A DNA stretch of 64,000 bases from Octopus sinensis (taxonomy: Eukaryota), in the NCBI RefSeq assembly GCF_006345805.1, contig NC_042998.1:18414001-18478000 (forward strand), in the 5' to 3' direction. The translations under genes and the position numbers were made by a program. The notes under the pieces are model-generated. The model saw only the letters and a program-made list of their open reading frames with translations, searched no databases and was not told where the DNA came from. The first letter of the stretch is position 1, and each line of letters begins with the position of its first letter. Below, one piece after another: positions 13,893 through 25,940 of this stretch.

Positions 13893-15552
13893 TCAGAAAT
13901 AAAATTTAAATGAGATGCTGTCTTTTCCAAGTTAGAAACAACAACAAAAAAAAGAGAAATGAGAAAAAATTTACAATCCAGTAGGGTGTACAAAAGGAAA
14001 CTCTATTTAAATTATGCACTTTAATTTAAGTAATATTATTTACAATATTCAAGTCGCGTAATATGGTGCACAAGATTTGTTGTCATGTTTGGTTCAAAAT
14101 GGAAATGAATCTATTGAATTGTGGTTCAAATATTCAAATTTGCTGGCTAATTTACCGTATGATTCTAACGGTCCCGTCGTTTTCCATGTGGGTATTAACG
14201 TCTCGAAATTTTGGCTAACAGTAGGTTTTGGGAGATCAGTTTCCAAAGCAAGAAAGAAATAGAGAGAGGTGGAAGAGGAGAGTGCGAGAAAGAGAAATAA
14301 AGAAAGCGATAAAGAAAAAAAGAAAGAAAGAAAGAAGTAAGGGAAAGACAGTTACATGGAGAAAACAGAGGAAGAGATCATATAATCAGCGTTTACTCTT
14401 ATACAAATCTTTGACTTGTCCTTTCCTTCGGAAATGAATAGATTGATTTGACATGCTGCCATTGCAAATTTGAAATCAACTGCTAGATTTCCATTATGTA
14501 AAAACATTATTTCTACATGCTTCAATTCCTCAAGTTATCATTAATAGGAAGCATGATTTCAGGGCATAGCTACCTATGATAGACACTTTAAGAAAAAAAA
14601 TTTTTGGCGGGGAAAAAAAACAGAAAAAGATGTTAAGTGGAATGTATCTAATCTTGTATATTACTCTGTCTGTAACATAAGTTTCACATATATAAGTATG
14701 AGTCTATATTTTGTCTAGTAGCCTGCAAGAAATTTCAACCAAATTTATTTCAGCTTTCATATTTTCAACTTTAAAATTATTAAAACGGGATATTACAATC
14801 ACAGATCGAAGAGAATGGATATTTTAACGAATGCTGTAACTGGCAAATTTCATGTATTAAACAATGCTTTACATGGCATATCTCATGTATTCAGATAAAT
14901 ATATTTTGTTGTAAATACCAATACCAAGAACAGATAGAGGTATGAAGTCAAAATAGTAAACCTTACAACCGCTAATATGTAACTAATTTCAAAGAAAAAT
15001 AGGGAACTATTAAGATGAAAAAGAAGTACGTGTATTACAATCTGTACAATATTTCAGCCAGGCACGTAATGAAGGTAGTTTTCATCCTCACGTGAGGCGT
15101 TTATCAGAAGCACATAGAGTTGTTAAAAGCGAATTTTATTTGTGAATCGTTGAATTTTATGAAATCACTGTAACACAGAAATAGACAAAAGAGAAAACAA
15201 TAATGGACAGATTGTCCAATGCATCAATGAATATCAATCTAAGAACCAATGATACGCGTAATCAATTTTTTTTTATTAAAGGCTTCAAGTTTGAAATAGG
15301 TATGTTAATTGCAATCTCGTGACACATTAGTATTTGACACATTAGTATTTGAAAGAGTAAAAGAGTCTGATTTTGGTTTGGAAAAGTCGTCATACATAAT
15401 CTTTTATATGGCAGCATGAATTTATTTTGCTTTCCGTTTTGTCATAGGACGAGATGAAGAAAACTTAAATTTATAGAGACTATACGGGCCAGAGACCTAA
15501 ACCAGAATGCTTGCCATAGACTGAATACTAATAAAAGCACACTATATTTCTC

Positions 15553-15769
15553 TTTTTATTTTTTTTTTACTTGTTTCAGTCATTTGACTGTGGCCATGTA
15601 GGAGCACCGCCTTTAGTCGAGCAAATCGACCCCGGGACTTATTCATTTGTAAGCCCAGTACTTATTCTATCGGTCTCTTTCTTGCCGAACCACTAAGTGA
15701 CAGGGACGTAAACACACCAGCATCGGTTGTCAAGCAATGTTGGGGGGACAAACACATACACACAAACAT

Positions 15770-15802
<33 letters not shown>

Positions 15803-15973
15803 CATTTTTACGACAGGCTTCTTTCACTTTCCGTCTACCAAATCCACTCACAAGGCATTGGTCGGCCCGAGGCTATAGCAGACGACACTTGCCCAAGATG
15901 CCATGTAGTGGGACTGAACCCGGAACCATGTGGTTGGTTAGAAAGCTACTTACCACACAGACACTCCTGCGCC
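15553..15973 (-). mobile_element. SINE family C
   Basis: Same modules as 10967-11438, with a shorter internal CA/TA tract. Confidence 0.92.
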
Positions 15974-16519
15974 TATTTGTGATATTAAATATATAAACAG
16001 CTTAAATTTACCACCCTGAATTAATTAACAGAATGAAGGTGAAAAAAGCCGTCGGAGATCATTTGAATATTTTCCTACAAAGAATCGAATTGCATAAGAA
16101 AGAAATCTTTAATAGAAATAAGATTGCATTAACCACGATCTTACTGTTATTCATTTTATTCGCGTTTCTATGTGTATAGATTTGCAAAAGACAACAATAT
16201 TACATTGTGTAGGTGTGTAAATGTGTATCTGTATGTTTATGAAGGTATGTAAACTGTATGGTTAGAGACGTGGGTATGCATGAGCAATAGAAGAGCCAAC
16301 AATAATGTGCTTATACGCTTCGAGAGGTAATTCCATTACATGCATCTACCTGCAGGCAACATCATTTAGTATTATTACAAAGTTCTTCTTTATTCCTATT
16401 ATTGCCATGTTATGCTGCATACTTACTGGTCGTGCTCGTGCATTTAATTATGCACATATTGAGATACAAGCGCATACATAATATTTACAAACAAATACAG
16501 ACACCATCACGTTCACACA

Positions 16520-17185
16520 AACACACACACACACACATACATACACATATACAAGTATAAGTGTACACATATGTATATATTATACACACATATATACATA
16601 TGTATTTACAACACGCACACACATCCACACCAACACGGACATACGCACACATACAGTCAAACACGGAGACACGCATACACGCACACGTACACACACACAA
16701 ACACGGACACACTCACACATACATATACAAACACACACACAAACACGGACACACTCACACATACACATACAAACACACAAGCAGAGACACACGCATACAC
16801 GTACACGTACACATATACACACACAAACACGGACACACGCACACATACACATACAAACACACAAACACGGACACACGCATACATGCACACGTACACACAC
16901 AAACACGGACACACTCACACATACACATACAAACACACAAGCAGGGACACACGCATACACGCACACGTACACATACACACAGACAAACACGGACACACTC
17001 ACACATACACATACAAACACACAAGCAGGGACACACGCATACACGCACACGTAAACATACACACACACATACACAAACACGGACACACAAACACATACAC
17101 ACACACACAAACACAGACACACTCACACATACACATACAAATACACAAACACGGACACACACACACATATATATATATATATACA
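16520..17185. repeat. CA-derived higher-order minisatellite
   Basis: Recurring subunits acaaacacggacacactcacacatacacatacaaacacacaagcagggacacacgcatacacgcacacgtac. Source of the H/T-rich ORFs. Confidence 0.9.
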
Positions 17186-17713
17186 TACGCACTTCACAGA
17201 TGTATATAGTTATTTGTGTGTGTGCCCATGTATACATGTGTATGTGTGATTGTGTGTATACATGTGAATGTGTACGTCTTATACATTATTTTCATATTTT
17301 CCTTTACCCATCTATATCAGTGAATCAGACAGATAATTGCTCCTATCAAATTGCAGTAACTAGAAAAGCGTTATTACCTAAGAGATGAATATACAAAGTG
17401 CAAGATAGTATTAGAAACTTATAGAAAAGATCTATTATGTTCCGTCTCTGCTTATAGGAATGAGATCGTTTATGATTGAGATGAATGGAAGACCAGTTTA
17501 AATGAAGACAGATTTCTCAATTTCCTGGCATATTGTAAATCTGTGTAACCTGTTCGATTTCAGCTTTTCATTTCTGATTCGTAATATCGAAATAATCAAG
17601 ATCGGATCTTCGTAAGAAAGTGTATAATGCCCCCCACACATATCTCTTTATCACTGTGGAAACTATTTGTCATATACGTATTAATCATATAGGTCTATAT
17701 TAGTGTGTTTGCA

Positions 17714-17927
17714 TCTATCTATCTATCTATCTACTACCTATCTATCTCTCTCTCTCTTTCTATAATATATATATATCTATATCATATATATATATATCTA
17801 TATATATATATATAATCTATATATATATATATATATCTATATTATAATATCTATATATATATATATATCTATATACTTATATCTATAATATATATATATC
17901 TATATATATATATATCTATATATATAT

Positions 17928-18021
<94 letters not shown>

Positions 18022-18358
18022 CTATATATATATAATCTATATATCTATATATATATATATATCTTATATATATATATCTAGTATATATATATATTATCTA
18101 TATATATATATATCTATATTATATATATGCTATCTATATATATATATATATATTCTATTATATATATATATATATATATCTATCTATATATATATATATA
18201 TCTAGATATATATATATATCTATATATATATATATATATCTATATATATATATATATATCTATATATATATATATATTCTATATATATATTATATATATC
18301 TATATATATATATATATAATATATATATATTATTATATATATATCTATATATATATAA

Positions 18359-18403
<45 letters not shown>

Positions 18404-18685
18404 TATATATATATAATATACTCTATATAATATAATAATATTATATAGATATAGCTATATATAGATAATATATATTATATATATATATCTATATATATAT
18501 ATATATATATAAATCTATTAATATATATATATATATATATCTATATTATATTATATATATATATTATCTATATATATATATATCTATATATATAATATTA
18601 TCTATATATTATATATATATATCTATATTATATAATATATATCTATATATATATATATATATCTATATATAATATTATATTATAT

Positions 18686-18729
<44 letters not shown>

Positions 18730-19007
18730 CTAATATATATTATATATTATATATATATATCTATATATATATATATATATCTATATATATATATTATATC
18801 TATATATATATATGATATCTATATTAGATATATATATCTATATATATATATATATATATCTATATATATATATATATATATATCTATATATATATATATA
18901 TATCTATATATAATATATATCTATATATATAATATAATATATATATATATATATATATATCTATATAATATATATATATTCTATATATAATATCTAATAT
19001 ATATATC

Positions 19008-19060
<53 letters not shown>

Positions 19061-19074
19061 CTATAATAATATCT

Positions 19075-19106
<32 letters not shown>

Positions 19107-19429
19107 CTATATATATATTATATATCTATATATATATATTAATATATCTATATATATCTATATATATCTATAATATATCTATATATATATATATAATATC
19201 TATATATATATATATTATATCTTATATATATATCTATATATATATATATATATATCTCAATATATATATATATATATATATCTCTATTATATATATATCT
19301 ATATATATATCTATATATATATATTAATATATATATATATATATATCTATTATATAATATATATCTCTATATATATATATTATATATATATATATATAAT
19401 ATATCTATATATATATCTATATATATATA

Positions 19430-19477
<48 letters not shown>

Positions 19478-19529
19478 AATATATATCTATTATATATATT
19501 ATATATATATATATTATATATATTATATA

Positions 19530-19568
<39 letters not shown>

Positions 19569-19665
19569 ACCTATCTCTCTATCTACATCTACCTATTTTT
19601 CTATCTATATAGATACATTATATATATATATAGATATATATATTATATACTATCTATCTATCTAT

Positions 19666-19705
<40 letters not shown>

Positions 19706-19745
19706 TATCTATCAATCTATTATCTACCTATCTATCTATATGTAT
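17714..19745. repeat. ~2-kb degenerate (TA)n tract with interspersed C
   Basis: Almost only A and T with scattered tct; G is rare on the + strand. Confidence 0.95.
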
Positions 19746-20139
19746 GTATATATGTATGTACACACAAAAACACAAACACATATATAAATGACTGTACACA
19801 TTGTATATGGTGATACCAATTATATTTGTGAATATATATACAACATCTATTCACACAAACGTGCGTCCATGCGCCCGCACATGCACACGCAGTCACGCAT
19901 ACAGTGCACATACAGTACACACGCATACACACAAGCACACACAAACACACACACGCACATATATAGTAGGCTGGTATCTCTGTAATGAGGATTTATAAAT
20001 ATTTTTTACCTCAGGGTTATCACTTAGACTTGTAAAGATACAGATTTTCGGTAATCTGAGTTCCTTCAGCTTCCTGACGCATTTGATAACTTCTCTCAAT
20101 TTAGAATTGAACATTATATTTAGCTACAAAGATTGTTTG

Positions 20140-20330
20140 CACATTATTTACCTTATTTACATTATTTAAATTTGACGGATTTCGTCCTCATCATGTTTGT
20201 TGTTAACACAACCTTTCGGCTGATATACCCTCCAGCCTTCATCGGGTGCCTTGGTGAAATTTCGAACCTGAGTTCTCATTCCTGAGGTATTTTTCGATAT
20301 TTTTGTTGTCGTTGTTGTTTTTGTTATTAT
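20140..20330 (-). mobile_element. Repeat family E fragment (hammerhead-bearing, short tandem AT-rich tail)
   Basis: Contains the hammerhead motif at 20205-20250. Tail is aatgtaaat-like units at 20140-20170. Cut by the family-D element at its AAT/AAC tract. Confidence 0.6.
20205..20250 (-). ncRNA. Degenerate minimal type I hammerhead ribozyme
   Basis: GGCAC-CCGATGA-A-GGCTG(gagggtatat)CAGCC-GAAA-GGTT-GTGTT. Stems I and II pair; U4C and C15.2G substitutions. Confidence 0.7.
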
Positions 20331-20850
20331 TGAGTGAAAGAGCAGTGCGTGCCATCAAAGTGATACTGGGGTAAAATATACGAAGCCCAGTATACCCATC
20401 ATGACTACCCGTCTGATAAGGGTACACTAGGCACGTGCATCACAGCCAAATGTGCGCGACATGGTGATCTCATATCAAGCTAAACAGCACATGACCTTGC
20501 AGGTTGGACTCATCCCGCTCAAAAGGTCACTCAATAAGGGTTGTTTAAGGATGTTGAACGAAACACCCATGTTTCCAGAGGTGAATTATTCAAACCCCAA
20601 AAAATACCTCACAACACATGGCTATGCTACTCCCCCACTACTCCTGCTCATGATCAGAGATGCACATATCGTCAGCCACTAAAGGACATGGTCAACAGGT
20701 TAAGGTCAAACAAATGACAAGCAAATCTGTGGTAGTGAGTAGAATATTTGCTGTAGCCCATCTTTTATACCAAGACAAAACAATGTACATGATAACACTT
20801 CCAATCAGTTAAGATAAGAAGCCATGAGAACTACTGCCTGGTAGGGCATG
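20331..20850 (-). mobile_element. Family D: ORF-less ~520-bp repeat with (AAT)n 3' tail
   Basis: Second copy at 35807-36102 has the same 3' end (...ctcactcaataataa on the minus strand). Confidence 0.75.
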
Positions 20851-20855
20851 ATACA

Positions 20856-20938
20856 TTATTATTTTTTTTTTTTTCTTCTTTCAAATTTGCTTCCATTTCT
20901 TGCCGAGTGTCTTCCTGACTCCTAGGGCAAAGAAACTC
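20856..20938 (-). mobile_element. Probable 3' tip of a TAA-tailed LINE
   Basis: Reads ...ggaagacactcggcaagaaatggaagcaaatttgaaagaag(A)n taataa. Loosely similar to the 3' UTR end at 36119-36190. Confidence 0.35.
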
Positions 20939-21123
20939 ATAGTATACATTGGTAGGCCATTAAACCAAACTCAGTAGTTCGTTCATTTTTTTTTTTTAAA
21001 GTTAAATTAAAATACATGAGCAGCAACAGTTCTCACATCGACAATGCTCTTCTCAATACGTGTCATGTACCAGTTAAGACAATCTTTTGCACTTCTTGCA
21101 GGGATGGTAAGCCAGGGATCATT

Positions 21124-21126
<3 letters not shown>

Positions 21127-21165
<39 letters not shown>

Positions 21166-21225
21166 GTTATTGTTATTATTATTATTATTATTTTTATTAT
21201 CATCATCATCATCATTATTATTATT
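21127..21225. repeat. (TAT)n/(CAT)n array
   Basis: Direct reading. Confidence 0.96.
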
Positions 21226-22024
21226 CAGCTTTGCCCGAAGAGAACTATTTCAGTGGTGTTACAGCGTATGCGTGTTTCAATATCGTGAATTTGATCAAGC
21301 ATAAGAATCCTCCTACTCTATGCCACAGTCAGTGCCCTACAGTCACCTATGTCTTTCGAAAATGCCTACGCACTGAACAGTATATTATAAATTCACGAAC
21401 TGGTAATTTTCAATATGTTACAGTCACAATGTTAGAAGCCAATGTCTTGTAGTCCAATTTAAACATCATTGAACGACGTTGAATGCAAAACCCCTACAGC
21501 TCAAATACAATAAAGCCATGATAATCACTTATACGATTTAAGCTTGCATTAAAAATACCATTGTAATAGTTAAGCTACATCTGGCCGCAGAATATAATTA
21601 TCTGCTTATGGAAGTATCGGGGCAGTTGGTTCAACCTAACTCTGATAATTATATAAATATATACACACACATACACACACTCAGGGATGGAGAAAGAGAG
21701 AGAGACGTACAAATTATATATAGATGTAAAGAGTGAAAACAGACTTAACATTTCAAATGACTTACAATGGATTATATATACATACATATATATATAAATA
21801 TATATTACCTGTGCAAATTATTTAGATTACATTGAGTCAAAGAATTAGATGGGAGAAGAACCGAAGCTTTACCGTGCAGAATTGTTTCGGTAAAGATGTC
21901 GGTGCGTAAGTTTAAACCATTTGAACGCTGTAATGTGTTTTCAAAATTGAGATTGTTTTGGTCTCACTAACTGAATATATATATATATATACTTTATTTA
22001 AAGCAGCAGAAAATTCAACAAAAT

Positions 22025-22062
22025 CTGTTACTCTAAGTTTCTCGTTGCCGTTCATCAGACAG
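22025..22062 (-). ncRNA. Minimal type I hammerhead ribozyme, canonical core
   Basis: CTGT-CTGATGA-ACG(GCAA)CGA-GAAA-C-TTAGA-GTA-ACAG. Stem I CTGT/ACAG, GNRA-capped stem II with an A.A closing mismatch, GUA cleavage triplet. Confidence 0.82.
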
Positions 22063-22225
22063 TTTTTGCTAGAATGGAACCGATATATAGAATGGAACTG
22101 ATATATAGAATGGAACCGATATATAGAATGGAACCGATATATTAATTCAATCCAGACTGTTACAAACGCTACACGTTTGTAAGAGTCTGGATTGAATTGA
22201 TATATCGGTTCCATTCTAGCAAAAA

Positions 22226-22263
22226 CTGTCTAATGAACGGCAACGAGAAACTCAGAGTAACAG
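22226..22263 (+). ncRNA. Minimal type I hammerhead ribozyme with G5A substitution
   Basis: CTGT-CTAATGA-ACG(GCAA)CGA-GAAA-C-TCAGA-GTA-ACAG. Confidence 0.75.
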
Positions 22264-22365
22264 ATTTTGTTGAATTTTCTGCTGCTTTAAATAAAGCATA
22301 TTACTCTACCACTGGTATTTGAGTACTCTTTTTTCCACCTTGTTTCACATTTATGTGTTTACTCC

Positions 22366-22415
<50 letters not shown>

Positions 22416-22949
22416 AATATATATATATATATATTAGCATTGCAGAGGGTATAGTACAGATTTAGAAGTATATTGCATGACCAGACAAAGACACGAAAGT
22501 ACATTGGTAATCGTAACATCTGTTTGTGTAAGTTGTGTATGCATATGTGTGTTTATGTTGTCTGTACATGCGTGTGTATGTCTATATATCGTGTGTACAC
22601 ATGTCTGAGTAAGTGTTCAAATAGTATTTAATGAATTAGTTTCACTTTACGAAATATAAGATACAGATTATATCTTTTGGCATTCATATCAGATTGTATA
22701 TAATAAGAAAAAAACTATATGATAAATAATACATAGCAAAGCGACATATTCTGAGTGGAACTATATATACGTTATAATATATCCGCTTCAAGATCGTTTT
22801 TCTTCTTGATGAGACTCCATAAATTTCGATGAAATGCAGAATTAATGATAATTTATAAATGAAAGGTAAAGAAATCGTTTGCTATTATGAAACAGCCAAA
22901 TAAACATCGTTGGTTAAACATAACATATAAAGTTTGCACAACGAACTTT

Positions 22950-23272
22950 ATATGAAAGGCGAAAAAAAGCAGACATGTGCAATCCTCTTAAATGCGACAG
23001 GGCTCGACTGTGGAAAATAAGGATGGTGAAAATAATACCAGTTATTGTAGGGCTCTTGGGGACAGCATCAGGTGATATCCATTGGAATATAAAGGAAATC
23101 GGAATAGAGTGTACAGTAGGGCTGTATGAAGTGGCTTGCTTCCATAGTATGGCCAGAACCATCAGAAAATTATTAGCTAGCTGAAAAGGACAGATAAAAT
23201 AGTGCCGTAGGTTGCAGGTAGCAAGCACTCTACCCATGCAAAACTTCTTGTGTTCCAACAGAACCTGAAATA
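22950..23272 (+). mobile_element. 3' end of an R4/Dong-type (RLE) LINE with (TAG)n tail
   Basis: LKCDRARLWKIRMVKIIPVIVGLLGT...ACFHSMARTIRKLL* fits the RLE C-terminal pattern (LW...IPV.VG.LG...TA..LRK.L). Confidence 0.72.
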
Positions 23273-23294
23273 TAGTAGTAGTAGTAGTAGTAGT

Positions 23295-23331
<37 letters not shown>

Positions 23332-23365
23332 CAGCAGCAGCAGCAGCAAGAAGAAGAAGAAGAAG
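23273..23365. repeat. (TAG)n(CAG)n(AAG)n compound array
   Basis: Direct reading. Confidence 0.95.
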
Positions 23366-23380
23366 CATTTCTACTTTACG

Positions 23381-23560
23381 CACAAGGCCTGAAATCTAGG
23401 GGATGGGTAAGTAGATTACATCGATCCCAGTGTTCAACTGGTACTTATTTTATCGACCACAAAAGAATGAAAAGCAAAGTCGACCCCGGCGGAATTTGAA
23501 CTCAGAATATAAAGACGGACGAAATACTGTTATGCATTTTTCTGGAGAGCTAACGACACT
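23381..23560 (-). mobile_element. Diverged SINE family A (A2-type 3' end)
   Basis: ggtacttattttatcgacc...gcaaagtcgacc..ggcggaatttgaactcagaa. Confidence 0.8.
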
Positions 23561-23669
23561 CTCGACTCTCATGATATAATAATATCAACAGCATTCAACT
23601 GTTTTTGGAAGTAGTTCTCATCATATGAACATAGCTCTTGAAAGTATTTACACCAAAACTATTTCTTCA

Positions 23670-23832
23670 TCAAGTGTCCATGCAGGTTTCTCCAAAGGTA
23701 AGCGCAATGAATGGCCAAGCATTGTCCATTGTCTAGCTTTGGTGATGTCATGCAAATTTCTTTGGCCAGTTCTTTTCGAGATTTCTTCATTTGTGATGTG
23801 ATCACGCCTGCTGAAACACATCTGAAACCTTA
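23670..23832 (-). mobile_element. RTE-like LINE ORF2 C-terminal fragment
   Basis: RDHITNEEISKRTGQRNLHDITKARQWTMLGHSLRLP. Confidence 0.7.
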
Positions 23833-24907
23833 AATAACTATAATACATAATGTAAAATATCCCTCTTAAATTTTTCACTGACCTTGTGTCATGCAAAGTA
23901 TCGTCAAATAGATTTAATTGTTCAAACTTGTTTAATAAAATTAGGAACTACTGCATTAGAATTTTGTAATTCTCAACTAGAATTTTTAATAATGCCGTAT
24001 AATTTTCAATTCTCAAAAGTGTATTAAAAGAAAACGAGGATTCTTTTTAGCTCTAGATTCATATGATGCCAAAACACTTCATTTAAATTCCCAAATTCCC
24101 CATTATGTCACTCTTCACTTGTATCGTCCATAATAATGATATATTTCTCTGAAACATACCATTACGATAAATTGAATAGTATAGCGTTAAAACAAATTTT
24201 TAATTGGTGCTCTCTTCAGAAGCTTGCAGCCCTGTGTCCAAATATTACTATGGCTGTAATTTTCAAAGAGTGAACTATTTCTCTACTTTGTAAATAGACT
24301 TTTGCAAGCGAAACGTCTTTGATCAAATTCATTTTAGAGAACAAACCTGGTTGTTCATATATGCATATATAAATATTTTTTTTATGGTTCCAAGTAGCAA
24401 CGTTCCATTCTCATCCTGATATACACATTTCATTTAGCTAATGGTTGTAAACGTTTTCCTTTAATGTTTTTTTTTAAAAATATATATTCACTAGATATTT
24501 CAAAGTACTTGTTGACATTTAAACAGCTTCTAAATATTGCCGATACTTGCTCGGTTATCCAAAGGGGAAGTATGATAATTCAATACAAAGAAATTAGTCT
24601 TCAGTAAATAAATGAAATATATCTAATGTATCTACCGTACACATTAGTCCACATTTAGTACAAAGACAAAGTTTCAGAAACACGATATTATTCCTTTCAG
24701 TAACAGAAAATTAGCTTTGGATATCGATTATCTTATTTGATTAATAACAATCACGAGGGCCCATCAATAAGAAAATAATCGGCCATCCAATTTAAGTAGA
24801 CAAGATATTTCAACTACTATCAGAATACAAAGCTATCATCAGATTTCAAAGATAACAGCGATGAATAGGTTCTGTTATACACGAAAGCATATATCTATAT
24901 CTATATA

Positions 24908-24943
<36 letters not shown>

Positions 24944-25300
24944 TGTATGTATGTATGTATGTATGTATGTATATATGCACAAAAAGAAACGACAATTCTG
25001 TTATTCTTTAGGAAATGATATGAAAGTTATTTTTTCCCGACCAATTTAATATTAAAGGTCTTAATATTTATCAAATACGGCAAATTGTTACGTTAATGCA
25101 TCCTATTCATTGAAATAGTTTTCTGGAACTGGTGGTTAGCCACGAATTTACAGTAAGAATGACGGTAAGGAGATCGGATTAGTAAAGAAATGAGAACAAT
25201 GGAAATCTCAAACGGCAAAGAACGACACTCCAACAACCATTTTGATAAGGCTGTACCGTCAGGTGGTGTACATGTGGTCGATTCCACTCACAAACACACA

Positions 25301-25373
<73 letters not shown>

Positions 25374-25390
25374 GTGTATATATATATATA

Positions 25391-25589
25391 ACGGGAAGGT
25401 TTACGAAAATAAAAAAAACGAAGGCAGGTGGAGTGCAAACAATCAAATGTATTAGTATGGCGCTCAGGAATAGAAATAGAACAAGTCCTTTACCTTTCGA
25501 GCCTACGCTCTTCGACAGAAAGATACACAGAAAAAAACAATGAGAGAAGAAAAAAGAGGAGAGAAAAAATTGCGTGTAGGAGCTAACGA
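25391..25589 (-). mobile_element. Repeat family F (solo pLTR-like, hammerhead-like motif)
   Basis: Homologous to 55829-55945, 60696-60875 and 62896-63034. Flanked by TA microsatellites. Confidence 0.8.
25486..25523 (-). ncRNA. Hammerhead-like motif, U6 variant
   Basis: TCTTT-CTGTCGA-A-GAGC(GTAG)GCTC-GAAA-GGTA-AAGGA. Confidence 0.6.
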
Positions 25590-25613
25590 TATATATATAT
25601 ATATATATAATAT

Positions 25614-25649
<36 letters not shown>

Positions 25650-25650
<1 letters not shown>

Positions 25651-25843
25651 TCTGTTGTGTCTGGGGAGAGTCATTCTCTTTTAGTGCCTTATTATTTAAC
25701 ACACTCACCGTTAAAATTTCCCCTTATTTCTTATTTTTATTTTCTAAAATTTTCGTTGCGTGTTGCGACGTGAGTGTGTTACCGGTGATTGTGTTAAATA
25801 ATAAGGCACTAAAAGAGAATGACTCTCCCCAGACACAACAGAA
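25650..25843. mobile_element. MITE, 194 bp, with long TIRs and flanking TA
   Basis: TIR TTCTGTTGTGTCTGGGGAGAG...TTTAACACA is perfect over 54 bp (61 bp with one mismatch). TA at 25648-49 and 25844-45. Confidence 0.9.
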
Positions 25844-25901
25844 TATGCTTCAACACACGAACTCATATAAAGAATCTTGCAAACCAAATCCACAAACGAA
25901 A

Positions 25902-25940
<39 letters not shown>

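Larger units (their letters stand above)
21992..22367. mobile_element. Foldback (inverted) Penelope pLTR-like element with a hammerhead in each arm
   Basis: Palindrome 21992-22296 with apex loop ctaca at 22169-22173. Left arm has four 18-bp units agaatggaaccgatatat (22071-22142) against one in the right arm. Right arm continues to 22367. Confidence 0.8.

Noticed and set aside
4800-15540. Possible plus-strand gene (donor G|gtaagt at 4959/4960, microexon-like pieces near 8689 and 9210, acceptor at 15447 with AATAAA near 15530)
   Set aside because: Such splice-like motifs are frequent by chance, and no coherent protein could be assembled.
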